From the NCBI GenBank assembly GCA_012295275.1, contig CM022675.1, positions 8,804,001-8,868,000 of the forward strand: 64,000 nucleotides of DNA. Reading direction: 5' to 3'. Below, piece after piece: positions 26,719 through 41,026 of the stretch (within the stretch, counting starts at the first letter, position 1; every line of letters starts with the position of its first letter). Position numbers and translations under genes: made by a program. Below the pieces are notes generated by a model, which saw only the letters and a program-made list of their open reading frames with translations, was not told the origin of the DNA and did no database searches. Source of the stretch: Chrysomallon squamiferum. Its lineage: Eukaryota; Animalia; Mollusca.

Positions 26719-26998
26719 TGCTGTCGTTTAATAATTGCGTTATTATTATATAAAACAAATTTTTTATAAGTGACAATAACAGGTCAAAAAGTAAGTTTTA
26801 TTACTGCATTTTATTTAAAATCAAGTAGATAAAAAGTGTATGGTATTTTTAATAGTCATTTTTATGACATTTAAAAGCACGTTTGTGTTATTGAATATCA
26901 CGAAGGATGATGAAACTTAATGGACTGGTTACAAACATGTTCAAGTATTGTTAATGCGTAATGGCGTAGCATGTTAATATTCAGTCTATATATAGAAT

Positions 26999-27081
26999 TG
27001 ACCTTTTTCAAGGTCACTAGAAGGCCTTTCAAAATGGAAGCGGTTTCTCGAACTACGTTATAATATATTGCGGTGTTTAGG
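26999..27081 (+). promoter_or_regulatory. Putative promoter / first exon of the microprotein gene, with nuclear-receptor half sites and a 9-codon uORF
   Basis: TGACCT-n6-AGGTCA (26999-27016) including TCAAGGTCA; ATG at 27034 to TAA at 27061-27063 (MEAVSRTTL*); strong donor G|gtgagt at 27081/27082; locally CpG-rich. Confidence 0.45.
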
Positions 27082-27846
27082 GTGAGTTTCTTGTTTAGCT
27101 TTATACCGATTTAGGTTTTCATTTTGTACGAAAAATTATGAGGATGAGCCTATCAGACTTTCTGTTAATTTAAAATATTTCTTAGGAACGTAATTACGTA
27201 ATGCGAAATGATTTAATTCAGACCACGTTTTCGGTTTTGACATTCGTCTGTGACCATGCGGCTTGCCGGGCGCTATGCTACATGTTTTATCGATATTTTA
27301 AAAACGTGTGCCGAAAGATATTGACGTTGCCAAGAGAATAGATTTTAATTATATAGAGTGTAAATGGCAGTACATGAGAAAGTATTAATATACCGTCTGT
27401 AAAAGAAAACCCAAAAAAAAAAAAAAAAAAAAACCGTCAACGATGAAATTACCAAATGAAAATTATTTTAAATTAACCAGTTTTATCCCAACTTTTGGGT
27501 AGAAATGATCTAATCCTGTTTTGTGTGTATGTTTTTTTTTTTTTTTTTTTTTTAATGTGATCAGATATATAACAATATTAGTACTAGATAAAAGAAACTA
27601 TGCCCATGAAAATAACCTTGACTGGAGATCATTTTGAAAATGGAATGCCGTTTCAAGAAATCGTACGTAAAAATGTCAAAAAATATCCATGATAGACTAC
27701 CCACCGAACCGGGAATGATCATTGATTGATCGGGTTTTTGTTTGCATGTTTTGTTTTGTTTTTAACTAAATAATGTATTTTATTTATTTAATTATTTATG
27801 TATTTATTCGACATTGTTGCAGGTAATTTAACAGCAGCCCAACAAA

Positions 27847-28617
27847 ATGAATACAGCGAAAGTGGCATGCCTTTTCCAGGCCCAACGTGGGTTTTCGAAA
27901 GTTGGACTTCCACTTCTGCGACTGTCACAGGTAAAACTAACCCTTGCCATACCTAGAATCTTGTTAATGCATGATATATCATCATATGGTAATGAATCAG
28001 TGATTGTTTTTCTTGCAAGAAGAAGAAACAAAAATAATATAGCTTGAGAACTGTTGATATGAATAACCCAGCAGTCTGTAATTTTAGCATCGATTGATGC
28101 AATTATTTAGATCTAATGTTAAATTGTGTGTTGAACAATTCTGAATGGGAAATTTATTAACCAAGTCTGTATTCGAAAAACTAACCTCTTAATATTATTT
28201 TTATTTTTTTATTTTTTATTTTTTTAAAGACAATGGAAACATCCTAATTATTCTGTTACCAATTTTTTGGAGTTCTCTATTTTTTTACTTTTTATCACCA
28301 ACATCTATTAGTCAGTATATATTTAAACATTAAGTTTTCATTTATTTCTTTACTCCATTCAATTACTTAATTTTTATTGATTTATTTATATATTTAACAT
28401 ATTATTTTTTTTATTTTGGTTTATTGATTGATTTGTTCACTGATTTTTTTTATTTTGATTTTAGGAAGAAAGTAACGTAACACTCAGAAAATCGGAAAGC
28501 TGGATTACAAAATCTGTCGTGATGCTTTCAATATTTGGACTCAGTTTTTCTGTGTTTAGCACAAAACAGCTTAGAGAGGACCCCTCCCAGAGACGCTTGC
28601 TACTCCCAAAACCATGA
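27847..28617 (+). CDS. Small spliced ORF, 78 aa, putative mitochondrial single-pass membrane microprotein (unknown family)
   Basis: Probable 5'UTR exon ends at 27081 (G|gtgagt). Exon 27823..27930 (ttgcag| ... CAG|gtaaaa; ATG at 27847) joins exon 28465..28617 (ttttag|GAA...TGA) in phase 0 with no stop: MNTAKVACLFQAQRGFSKVGLPLLRLSQEESNVTLRKSESWITKSVVMLSIFGLSFSVFSTKQLREDPSQRRLLLPKP*. Both exons are GC-richer islands in AT-rich DNA. AATAAA at 29606. Confidence 0.68.
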
Positions 28618-29175
28618 AGGTCTGTGAAGATTACACTACAGATTTCCAGTCAGAGATAATCTTTACATTATGCAGTAAAAAAAAAAAAAAAAAAAAAAAA
28701 AATATTAAAGCTAATCTAACAGTCTGCTTCTGATATGGAGAAACTGTTCCGTTCACAAATTTCTGTTGCCTTAATAATCTTCAACGATTAATGATGAAAC
28801 CTGCTGTTTTATAAAAAAAAAAATATATATATATATAATTATTGTATATAAATATTTTGAAAACTCAAGATTTTGTGGCTTCAGAAAGGAACCTTTGGAA
28901 GCTGCATCACAGACTCCTGCTTTCTGATATTACTATGGTTACTACTCAGTTGGTCTCTTCTCTCAAAATCTTAAGGAAAAAAAAATAACACAACTGCCTT
29001 CATGTACTGTGTACATATTTTTTTTTTATAACAAAACGAAATGCATAGCCTGCGTGCCAAAGAGTTGTTTTAAGTTTTAAAAAAAAGAAAAAAAAATTAT
29101 AAAAAAAAAAAAAATTGGGAGGAGGCTAAAAAAAGCATTGTTTTTGTTAATTGTGTGTTATTATTTTTTATTTTA

Positions 29176-29206
<31 letters not shown>

Positions 29207-30374
29207 CTACAGTCTTTCTTTCATGTAGTTATATACGGTGAGTGGAATTTATGAAGTGTATTTTACTCTTTCTCAAACATGGAATAATAGTTTAAGACAG
29301 TTTTAGTGATTAAGAGAAAACATACTTCATGAATTCGGCTAAAACACTTTGTTTTTACAAAATAGAAAATTTCTTTTTCATTTGTAAATTATTTTGAAGA
29401 AAAGAGGTTTTACATTTTGTATATTATGTTAGTAGTTATACATTGATTTTATTTTTTAAGGTATTTTCTTTAATTTTTATTTTTATTTTTTTTTTAATTC
29501 TTTTAGTTTGAACTTTTGTGTGTGTTATACCGGCTATGATATTTATATATTTTATAACAATAGTGCTGGTATTACCAAACTTGCTGGCAGTGTTGGATGT
29601 TATTGAATAAATGTATAACTTGTTGAAAAAAACTTTTGTTTTCTTTTATTTACTTAACAAAAGTTTATAACTGATAAATTTGAAGCTAAAAAGGGGAGGT
29701 AACTACAGTCAACATACAGGAATAGAAATCTTGTACATTTTATAATGTATTAATATTATAATAAATAATTTTACATATTAAATAAATAAACAAAAACATT
29801 TTGCTATCAGTCAAACCTTCCAGTATTAAAACACTAAAAAAGAATTACAGTTAGAAACAAAAATCGAACAATGATGTTACTGATTACTGAATAATTACAT
29901 ATGTAGTATCACCATTTTAATTTAAAATTAATATTGAAAGACAGGAAAAAATAAAAAAAATAAAATAAATTTTAAACCTTAATTTATTTTACCTACTTAA
30001 CCAGTCTCCAGAATTATTTTTGGCCAATTTTTACAAAAACATTTACATTAGATTGGCTTAATTTTACATTTAAAAACCATCTATTAATCATAAATGTTTC
30101 TTAATTTTTTCTTATTATGTACTTCTCTTTTTTTTGGCTGCTTGTTTTGTTGTTAAAAAATTAAAATTTAAATATCTGGATTTACTTATACTAAAATGAT
30201 ACAAATTTAATTAATATAAATGTATAACAAAATTAATTGTAATTTATAACTTTATTTTTCAGTATATACAGAATTCAGATTAATTAGGTATTATGTATAT
30301 TTTCATCTGTAAAATGTGCAAATTAGTAATTGGAAAAACCCAAAAAAACAAAACAAATAATAACAATAATAACA

Positions 30375-30432
<58 letters not shown>

Positions 30433-30990
30433 CAACAACAACAATAATAACGCTATATAATATAAAAATAATAATAATAACAATACTCCTTTAATTAGAA
30501 GTTGTCATTTTAATATAATAATAAAATGATAATAATAGTAATAAATATAATATCAATGATAATAAGTATAATATAAAAATTAAATTTTTATTTTTAAAAT
30601 TTCAGATTTGATAATAGGTGTACAAAATATATGTTAGACATTTGATAAGTAATATATACACAAAGTTTAGTCATCAGTGTAGTGACATTACATAAGTAAA
30701 AGAAGAGAAAGACTAAGGAAAGAATCTATCTATAACTATATATATATGATGACAGGAATTATAACCACACCATGTAATAATAATAATAATAATAATTATA
30801 ATAATAATAATGACAATAATAATAATTATTATTATTATTATAATAATATTATTTAATAACATTCTCAAATAAATTATTACTATTTTTTTTTATTTATTTA
30901 TGTATGTATTGCTGGTATTCTTATCAGGGTATTTATTTACTTCATTTTAATTATATACAGGTATATTTATATTTTTTATATAATATAGAC

Positions 30991-31046
<56 letters not shown>

Positions 31047-31056
31047 TGATAGATAT

Positions 31057-31087
<31 letters not shown>

Positions 31088-31097
31088 TTTTCTGAAA

Positions 31098-31720
31098 ATA
31101 CTTTGGAAAACTGAACAGAAAACTTTTGGCATGGAAACATATGCTGAAACCAAGTTATTTACATCTGCGCAGGCAAAATTTCGAACGAAGTTCCATTTTA
31201 ATCATTGTGCAAATAAAAAGCAGATTTGCAGATAGATCAATACGTTCAGGGCAAAGGGAACTGTGCGAAAACCAGACCTCTAAAAAGAGGGAAATGTTCA
31301 GGGCAAAGGGAACTGTGCGAAAACCAGACCTCTACAGGTGAAGAGGATTTACAGGTATCTCAATACGTTCAGGGAAAAAGGGAACTGTGCTAAACCAGAC
31401 CTCTAAAGGTGAAAGGGTCCAAACTGGACGACATTTGAGTGTGAGGGTGGCAGGGAATATTGGTGCAGTCGTGGACTCTGTCAAACACTTCAAATCAAAC
31501 ACTGATACGACTACGGCAACGATTCCCAGATCAAACTGAAATGTAGGGGACGTAACTCTGAGCGGGCCCCAACATTCATCTGACCTGAATCCCACAGATT
31601 TCTGCCATTTGAAAGACCGTCTCTATGAAAACAGCCCCCACACAATCAGAGACTTGAGGACAGACATTATGGTGAAGATCTGGACTATTCCATGAAAAGA
31701 ATGTGTCCGCATAATTGAGA
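31098..31720 (+). mobile_element. Decayed, internally deleted Tc1/mariner-superfamily transposase relic
   Basis: An N-terminal HTH-type segment LWKTEQKTFGMETYAETKLFTSAQAKFRTKFHFNH...CR*INTFRAKGTV is joined to a C-terminal segment HSSDLNPTDFCHLKDRLYENSPHTIRDL resembling the SPDLNP.DF..WG.LK..VY motif. It has stops and frameshifts, the middle of the catalytic domain is missing, and no TIRs were recognised. Confidence 0.8.
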
Positions 31721-31923
31721 GTCGAAGGAACAACAGTCACTTATATGGGTTGCAATCATTATGGGCGATCCTATATATTAATTTACGCATTAATATATTT
31801 ACTTATTTCAAATATATACAATTTTTTGTACATTTATATATATATATAATTTTTTTTTTTTTTTTTTTTTTTTAATGATAAATCACTTATTTTTGCTTTA
31901 TTTGTCTCTCCCCATCGTCATTT

Positions 31924-32195
31924 TTATAGCGGTTTCTGGTTTAGCCACGTGGTTAGAAAAATTATCAAAAAGAACACTGCAGACAGCTCGTGCGTTTTCC
32001 CGCCTCTGTTTGGTATCGGAGTTGTCGTCGGTTTTTCTTTTCTGAAATATGTCGATGTTATAGACTGAATTACAAATGAATATATAACTGCATAATGCTT
32101 ATAATTCAGGAATTAATATATATATATATATAACATGTCTTGTATGTAATTTAAAGTAAAATATATGTAATGTTTTAATATTTAGACATATTTTA

Positions 32196-32232
<37 letters not shown>

Positions 32233-32657
32233 GTCTATTATTATTATTTAACTATTATTATTATTAGTGTTTTTAACGTAAAATATAATAGAGCTAATTG
32301 TTATAAAGGTTTTATAAAGATTAATATACATAATAAATCGATTACATAATTACATAATTATTTATAATGTAATAATGATATAATGGGTTTTTTTTAATAA
32401 ATATTAATAAATAATATTAGTAGTACAAACATTTATTAGTAATATATTTATTTATAAAGGTTAATACATGTTGTTATTATTATTATTATTATTATTACAT
32501 AAAGATTAATATTTTTTTTTAACTAAAGATTAAAGTATAATTTAATTATAAAAATATTTTTATATGCTATTTATTTAATAATTTTGCTACATAATATTAG
32601 TAATATAAAGATTAATATTAATATTTTTCCATATTAACCAAACATTATTAAAGATAA

Positions 32658-32710
<53 letters not shown>

Positions 32711-33294
32711 ATAATAATAATAATAATAATATAATAATAATAGTAGTAGTAGTAAAACAAATAATAATAATAATGATGATAATAACAATGTTGATAGATA
32801 ATAATTAAAAAGGTATTTTAACATTAATGATGATTGTGATGATAAAGAAGAACAAGAACAAGGTAAAAAGAAGGAGATGATCAAGAGAACAGAAAGAACA
32901 AAAATAACGGTAAGAACAAAAAAGATGGGTAAACAACAAAAGGAAACAACGAAAATACGAAATATGAAAACTAAATAACACAAAATGTGAAACGAAAATT
33001 AACACAGAGAGAGAGAGAGAGATAAGAAATGATAAATGCAATAACATTAGTACATATTTATTCAAATAGAAAACTGTTAGCAGAGAGAGAGAGAGAGAGA
33101 GGGGTAGTGAATGAGAGAGACAGAAGAAGAGAGAGAGAGACAGATACTTACTTTACAAAAAAACCACTCTCCACAGTAACAAATTTTTGCAGGTAACATG
33201 ACCCTTCAAATAGATCATCATTGGCTGTTTGTATCTGTTTTCTGAACTGAACTGAAACCGTTTGTTTGTAAACATATGTATTGTTCGTCTGCAG

Positions 33295-33325
<31 letters not shown>

Positions 33326-34420
33326 ACAAATAAAATGAAATGAAATGAATTCAAAGAACAGCGATGAAATGAATTTTTAAATTAGTGGTCAAAAGAAGTA
33401 TTAGATGGAAAGAATTTTTTTTTTTTTTTAAAGTAAAGAGAACGGAAAAGTCGAATAAAAGTTTAAAAAAAGAACGAATATAAATTATTGCATATAAGTC
33501 CAACCTTTAATAGTATTTATGAACTGGTTTAATTTTTAATTCTTTTCTCCAGTCTTTATTTATTTATTTATTTTGTTTGTTTGTTTATTTATTTGTTCGT
33601 TTGTTGTTGTTGTTGTTGATTTGTTTGTTTGTTATCTTGTTGTTGTTGTTTTTTTTTTTTGTTTTTGTTGTTGTTTATTATTGTCATTTATTTAGTGGAA
33701 TATACGACGTTATTGTTGTTATAACATACTCAACTCATGTACCCAAATTATATTATTTAAAAAAAACTAACTGAAACAAAACTAACTACTAAGTGTTTAC
33801 TATATTTTAAATATAAAACTACCGGATTAAAGATAAAACTATTCTATACAGAATATACGTATAAGTAACACTAAATTTATGAAATTGTACCTTGACAGTG
33901 ACTGTGTGATCGATTATAGAATTTCCCTGAATAATTAAACAATAGTTACGCATATTTACAAGTCAGTATATTTAATATGATTATCAACATTGTTAAACGG
34001 ATTTATTTTGTATTGTCGGTAATCGGTAATTCTGTTAAATGACTTAATAAAGTTAAGGTTTTAATTTTGCGTTGTTGGTTACTCAACGTCAAAAATATGT
34101 TTTAAGTATACCATTAAAAGAGATTTATTTATTTTGTATACTTAGCTATTTTGTGTATACTTAGCTATTCAGTGTGAATTACTCTATAGACAACAACATT
34201 AATGTATTTAGATTAATTTTAGACCGTTGACTGTAGGATATCAAATTTTTAATGATAACGTAAAGGTGCACTGATCAATTTTCTTACACTGATTTATTTT
34301 AAGACAGCAGCTTAGCATTAGTATTTTTTTTCTAGCATCGGACACTGGATGTCAAATATTTGGTATTTTTCACATATTTACTCTTAAATAATAATATTTT
34401 CTTTTGACCACTACAATCAA

Positions 34421-34451
<31 letters not shown>

Positions 34452-34456
34452 TATAT

Positions 34457-34534
<78 letters not shown>

Positions 34535-34563
34535 ATTATTTATTTCGAAAATAATTGTCACAT

Positions 34564-34643
<80 letters not shown>

Positions 34644-37600
34644 TCCAACCCAAACATGCATACATTCTTTCACACTCTACTTCTCTCTCGTGTTAAAAAC
34701 AAAACAAAAAAACAACTAAGAGTTTGTTGTTCAAAAAAATACCTCTTCTGGATATATTGTTCCACACTGAAAGCTGTTATAATTTAGCCTCAGGACGTGA
34801 CCTTTCCACGTGTCAGGTATCCCATCATCCTTTAAAGGGGGGTCGGGTACTGGCACCGACTGACAACTGGAGATCCCTTGTTTATCGATCACTGAAGCGA
34901 ATCCAGAGAAAGTACCCACCGGGTTGACGTTGAAGATTATTTCCCTTGAGTTACATATGATTTGATCTGAGTAATAATAATAATATTAATAACAACAGCA
35001 ATAATAATAATAATGATAATTATAGTAGTAGTAGTAGTAGTAGTAATAGTAGTAGTAGTAATAGTAGTAGTAGTAGTAATAGTAGTTGTAGTAGTAGATG
35101 TAATATTAATAATAAATAAATAAATAATAATAGTATTAATAACAACAATAACAATAGCAACAACAACAATAATAATAATAATGACAACAATAAGCAACAG
35201 TAAACAATACAAATAACAACAACAAAAACAAAAAAAATAATTATAACGGTCGTGATGATAATGATGAAAAATAAAGAATAAAAACAATTTATAAGATTTT
35301 AATATTAATTAATTACTCTAATATATTTTTTATTATTGTTGTTCTTGTTGTTGTTGCTATCGTGATATCCTTATCAATCTCATAACATTTTCCCATAAAT
35401 AGTAAAATACAATGATTGATTTTTGATATGGTATGGTTGGAAATTGAAAAACTTCAATATATATATATATATATATATAAAACAACACCCTAACATTCCA
35501 TGTCATTTATAAACTTTCAGAAAGTTTGATTCTGTACGTCAGTGGAAGTAGCAGTCCCAAGCAATGGCCGCCATATTTCAACACTGTGACGTATGTTTTA
35601 CGTCATACCTGTTTAACTGGTACTTACAGCGTTTTTCTGAGCAGTCCGCTCCGTAGTAATCAACTGAGCATGCGCAAACTTCGCCGTTCGATTTCTTGAC
35701 ACAAACACCGCCATTTTTGCACTTGAGAGATCTACATCCGGAGGAAATGATGTCAGCTGAAATTTGATTAAAACGGTAATTAATGATAATGATGTAAAAT
35801 ATTTGATAGCATTATTGCTATTCTGCTAGTACTATCATTACTGCTACTATTACCATTGCTGTTACTATTTTTATACTACTGAAACTACTGTTCTACCACA
35901 AATGTCACTGCTGATGTCGCTCCTACCATCACTGCTACTACAACTTCAAGAACTACGGCTACTACCACTAATATTACTGCTGCTACTACTACTACAACTA
36001 CTAGTGCTGCATTTGCTTCGACTACTACTGCTACTACTACAACAACTATTTCATCTACTACTATTATTGCTATTTCTACAGATACTACTTTCATGTCTTA
36101 CTGGTAGTAGCAGTTTATAGTTACAGTAGTAGTAATAGTTGTAATAATGACAGTAGTAATAGTAATAGTTATAGTAGTAGTAGTAGTAGTAGTAGCAGTA
36201 ATAAAAGTAGTAGTAGTAACAGTAGTAGAAGTAGTAGTAGTAGTAGAAGTAGTAGAAGTAGTAGTAGAAAAAAGTGGCAACGGTAATAGTAACAGAAGTA
36301 GTAATAGTTATATTAGTAGCAGTAGAAGTAGTTGTGGTAGTGGTAGTAGTAATGAAATAGTAATGTTACTAATGGTGATAGTGATGGTAATAATAATATT
36401 ATTAATTGCAGTGATGGTAGTTGTACCGATTGTGGTTACAGTAGTAATAGAAATAACAGTAATGGTAAAATTGCTTGTGCATGCCTACTCTGCACGCAGC
36501 ATTTGACCTCATTAAAGAGCACTGACCAGGATAAAAATAATCGTAATATCTTTTTTATGTACTAGCAATAGTTTTTTTTTATACAAAATAACGCGCTTTT
36601 TTCTTTTTTTTTTCTTTTTTTTTATGATAACAAACAATACATTTTCTTTACTTGTTTTTTTTTTTTCTTCTTCTTTTTTTTAAAGTTGTTTTTTATATTC
36701 ACAGCGGGTTTTTGGGTGTATTCGGTAACGCCCGAATGCGTTTATAGCAGAATAGTTTTAAAATTCGGACATCTCGCGGTGTCTCCCATTTGCGTTTATC
36801 TGATGCAATTTCCACCACGAGCACCGCATTCTTTCTTTTAAAGCACCCACTTAACAAATCGCGGAAAGCGACGGGAGAGGTGTTGTAGGGTGTTTTGGGG
36901 GGGGGATTTTGGTGGGGGGTATTTGTTTTTTGTTTGTTTGTTTGTTGTTGTTGTTGTTTTGTGCGCTGGTATTGTTTGTTTTCTTTTTCTTTTTACCTCT
37001 TTTCATTTTATTATTACGTTTTTTTTTTTGTTGTTTTTTTCTTGCATTCTCCTAAGTTTTACGAGGTCTGTTAAATTCTGTATTTTTGTTCACCTGAATT
37101 TATGTTCTTTCTGTCCTTCATTCATTCTTTCGTTCGTTCTTTCTTTCTGTATTTATTTATTTTATATATATATATATACTTATTCATATACATACTCAAT
37201 ACTACTACTACTACTACTAATAATAATAATAGAAGGAATAGTGTTGATGATGACGATAGTGTTGATGTTGATAATAATAATAATAATAATAAAAACAGAA
37301 GAAAACAAAAAACAAGACTATGTACCTTTAACAATGGAGCAGTCGTCGCCTTGCAGATGCGACGGACACGTGCAGGTGCCGTTGTCGTTGCACTTTACTG
37401 ACGGTGGACAATTCTGACCCACTCTCAAACAGTGAAATGGTCCAGATTCTGAAAAAAATATAAAAATAAATAAATAAAAATAAATAATAATAACAACAAG
37501 AACAATAATAATAATTTTAATAATAACAACAACAACAACAATAATAATAATTTAATAATAATAATAATAATAATAATGATAATAATAATAATAGTAATAA

Positions 37601-39712
37601 TAATAATAATCGATTAACGTTAAAAAGATGACTCCTAGTCTTTCGACACCAAAGCTTCTCCATATCATTTATAAACGACATAAATGTTCAGGCATGCTTG
37701 TTATGGGCAGAATCTATACCTTGGCCAGAGAGCTGTGACTAGGATAGATTTTACTGAGTAGTAGACAGACATGCAAATTTTGTGTTCATATTAGCAGTTA
37801 TAAGCTGTACACAGGACTGAAATAAACCAGAGAGAGAGAGCACTGGCTGGAACGAGAGAAATTCCTTTGATAGTACTGAACAGAAATGATTTATTTTATT
37901 GATAAATAGACAGACAGACAGACAGACATAGATAGATAGAGAGATAGGTAGGTAGGTAGGTAGGTAGGTAGGTAGACAGAGAGTCAGAAATATAGATAAG
38001 TGGATAGATGGATGGTGGGATCGACGGATGGGTGAATGAGCTAATGGTATATGGAATAACAGAATGATGAAGTGATGGATGGAGGGATGGATGGACGGAT
38101 AGGTGGCTGACTAGATGTGTGGAGGACAGATACACAAAGAGACAATCAGACACACAGGTAGGTAGATATTCAGAATTTGTAAAACAGGATATGAGTCGTA
38201 TGGTATAATTTCAAAAGACTTTTGTATTTACGAACAGTAATAATGACATTTAATATCACATTTCTCTATTCGACTCTGTGTCGCAGTGAATGCAGCTGAA
38301 CAAATGCTATTAAAAAAAAGCAATAAAGAGACGCACTGTCTATTGAGACCACTCCCTAAATCCGTGCTTCAAGATTTTACCACTTTACTTCTCCTCTGGT
38401 TCTGAAGTCATGCATGGTTTAAAGTGCTCGTATTGCAGTTCTGCATCAGTGAAATTTTTCGACTCTTTTTTTTTTTTTTTTTTTTTTACTCTATCGTTAT
38501 TACGTGAAAGACGTTTTTGAATAACTTATACAAATAAAAAAAAAATAATAATAATAATAATAAAATAAATGGTGTCAAATGGTGCAAACGTGATGTTGAT
38601 ATTCTCAACACGTATTATGTTTCGTTATTTTTTTTTATTTATTATTTTTTTTTTTTTTTCGAGGTCGTACTGAGGCCCGAATCAAGGAAGCAAACGAGAA
38701 CGTGCGGAACCCCTCCTGCTTATTTTATAACTTTTATTTTCAATTCAAAGTATCCTCACGTGGTCGCAAAAAAAAAAAAAAACTGTTTTCAGTTATTTAT
38801 CAGACATTACTGTATATGCAAAGGAAGTGCAGAGTAGACTGCAATAATACACTGAATATGAAATTTATTCAGTAGAGCAGAAGAAATATAATTTAGTTTT
38901 AATTATATACATATATACATACATATATATTGATATATCTGTGTATATATGTGTGTATATATGTATGTGTGTGTGTGTGTGTATTTAGTATTATTATTGT
39001 CAAATACTTTTTTTTTTTTTTTTTTTTTTTTTAGAAATATTAGTCTTACGGCCACTATTTAAGTATTATTATTATATATATTATTTACGTGTATATTATT
39101 TATGTATATATTATACTAATATATCTTATGAGTCTGATCAGCTGACTTGGGATAGACGACAACACTATTTTATGTAAATGAGGCATTAGGTCACGTGTTT
39201 TATTGTCATGTGACACGTTGGTAAAAAGTACGATTCATTTTATTTGTTCATTACGTAACTATTCAGAACAGAAAGCTAAGGTTACAGTTAGTTTTTTTAT
39301 ACAATTCATTATGTCACTATGGACACCCACGCGATCTTTAGAAGGGATAGTGTTACTACAGGTATTCGTTAAACTGAATGCCTTACGATAGTATTTCTCA
39401 GACTTTTTGTATTCATGGAATCCTTGTAGATTTTATTTATTTACTTGTCAACTGCTTATTTTTTTTATTGTAGAGGCATATATGTCGATTTCAGACATAA
39501 TAAAAATAAAAACAAAGTCCGAAATAAATTAATTAATTAATTAATATCTTAAGTTATGATTTCAGAAAAAAAAATTATATCCATAAACCGTTGTAGATTA
39601 TGCTTTGAAAATTAAAATATTTAAAAATTCATGACTGTAACTCATATACTCTTTTTGAAATGATGCTAATACCCTTTGTATAATTATTAATTTCTATAAC
39701 AGATATTATTTA

Positions 39713-39756
<44 letters not shown>

Positions 39757-40711
39757 ATATTTTATGAGTTTAACATTATGAGTTTAGCAGGAGTGAGACG
39801 CCACAAGACACAAGATCGATCCTTCGTACATCCATGTGAACAACTCAACTCAAAAGAGATTAAAAATGCATGGAGTAGATTGTTATATGTAACATTTAAC
39901 TTTCTTTGTTAAACTATCCTGCCTGTATATTCGCCCGCAAGACATGGTGACGGTTACATTAAGGTGATTGTTCAAATTTCTTTTTATATATATATATATA
40001 TATATACAGCGTAAATAAAAGTTCTTTTCTGAACAACACGCGCTGTCATGATAACCGAAAAGGCAGACGTGAAGAAAAGCCATTGACGTTTTTAAACTGA
40101 AACTGACAAAAACATGTTTTTATCCCATCTTATGATCCATTAAATTCAAATCAGCAAAGTAAACAGTGACTCTGCACATCGAAACTAGTCTTACGTCTCA
40201 GTAATTACGTTCGAGTTGTCAGTGAAAACTGACAATCTATCGTAATTATTGGATTTTAAATTTTGATTATTAAATATTCACTTAAAACCTATAACAAAAA
40301 AATAAATTAAATTAAATTAAAAAAATAATAATGAATTTATAATGCTCAAGAAAGTATGTAAAGAATTTTTTTTCCTGAATTCCAGAATGTAAAAAATACA
40401 GTCAAGTTTACTCCGAATTTGTCAAGATTATGGTTATTCATTTTGACATTTCTTTGCAGCAACAAAACCTACGGAGATGGATGTGATTTCAAAATGAAGC
40501 AGACGACATAAGGAAAATGACGATTTGTATAACTCAATACATCAAAAATGCAGCTTAATTCATGATTTCATGTGTCCAGTCCCAAATATTATTTATTAAA
40601 TTGTAAAATACCGTTACAGATATGTGACTGATAATGAATGTTATAACCTTCTTTCAAACGATTCTAGAGTCTAAAAAATGAGCTGCATGGTATAACTTTT
40701 AAGAAGGATGA

Positions 40712-40748
<37 letters not shown>

Positions 40749-40989
40749 AACATAATCAAATAAATTAATTAATTAATTTTAATAAAAACCAAATAAATAA
40801 ATAAAGCCATCAGCTAAAAACGTAAGTGAAAAATCGGTGATTTGTGTTCTGATCAAGTATACAGTGTTATACAAAGATGAACGAGTTATAATAATAACAA
40901 TAACAATAACAGCAGCAGCAACAACAAGAACAACAACAAATATAACATTGATAACGACAACAACGATGATAATTTCAAAAATAATTTTA

Positions 40990-41026
<37 letters not shown>

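Noticed and set aside
31332-31595. 87-aa minus-strand ORF with complex sequence
   Set aside because: Antisense to the transposase relic; no independent coding evidence.
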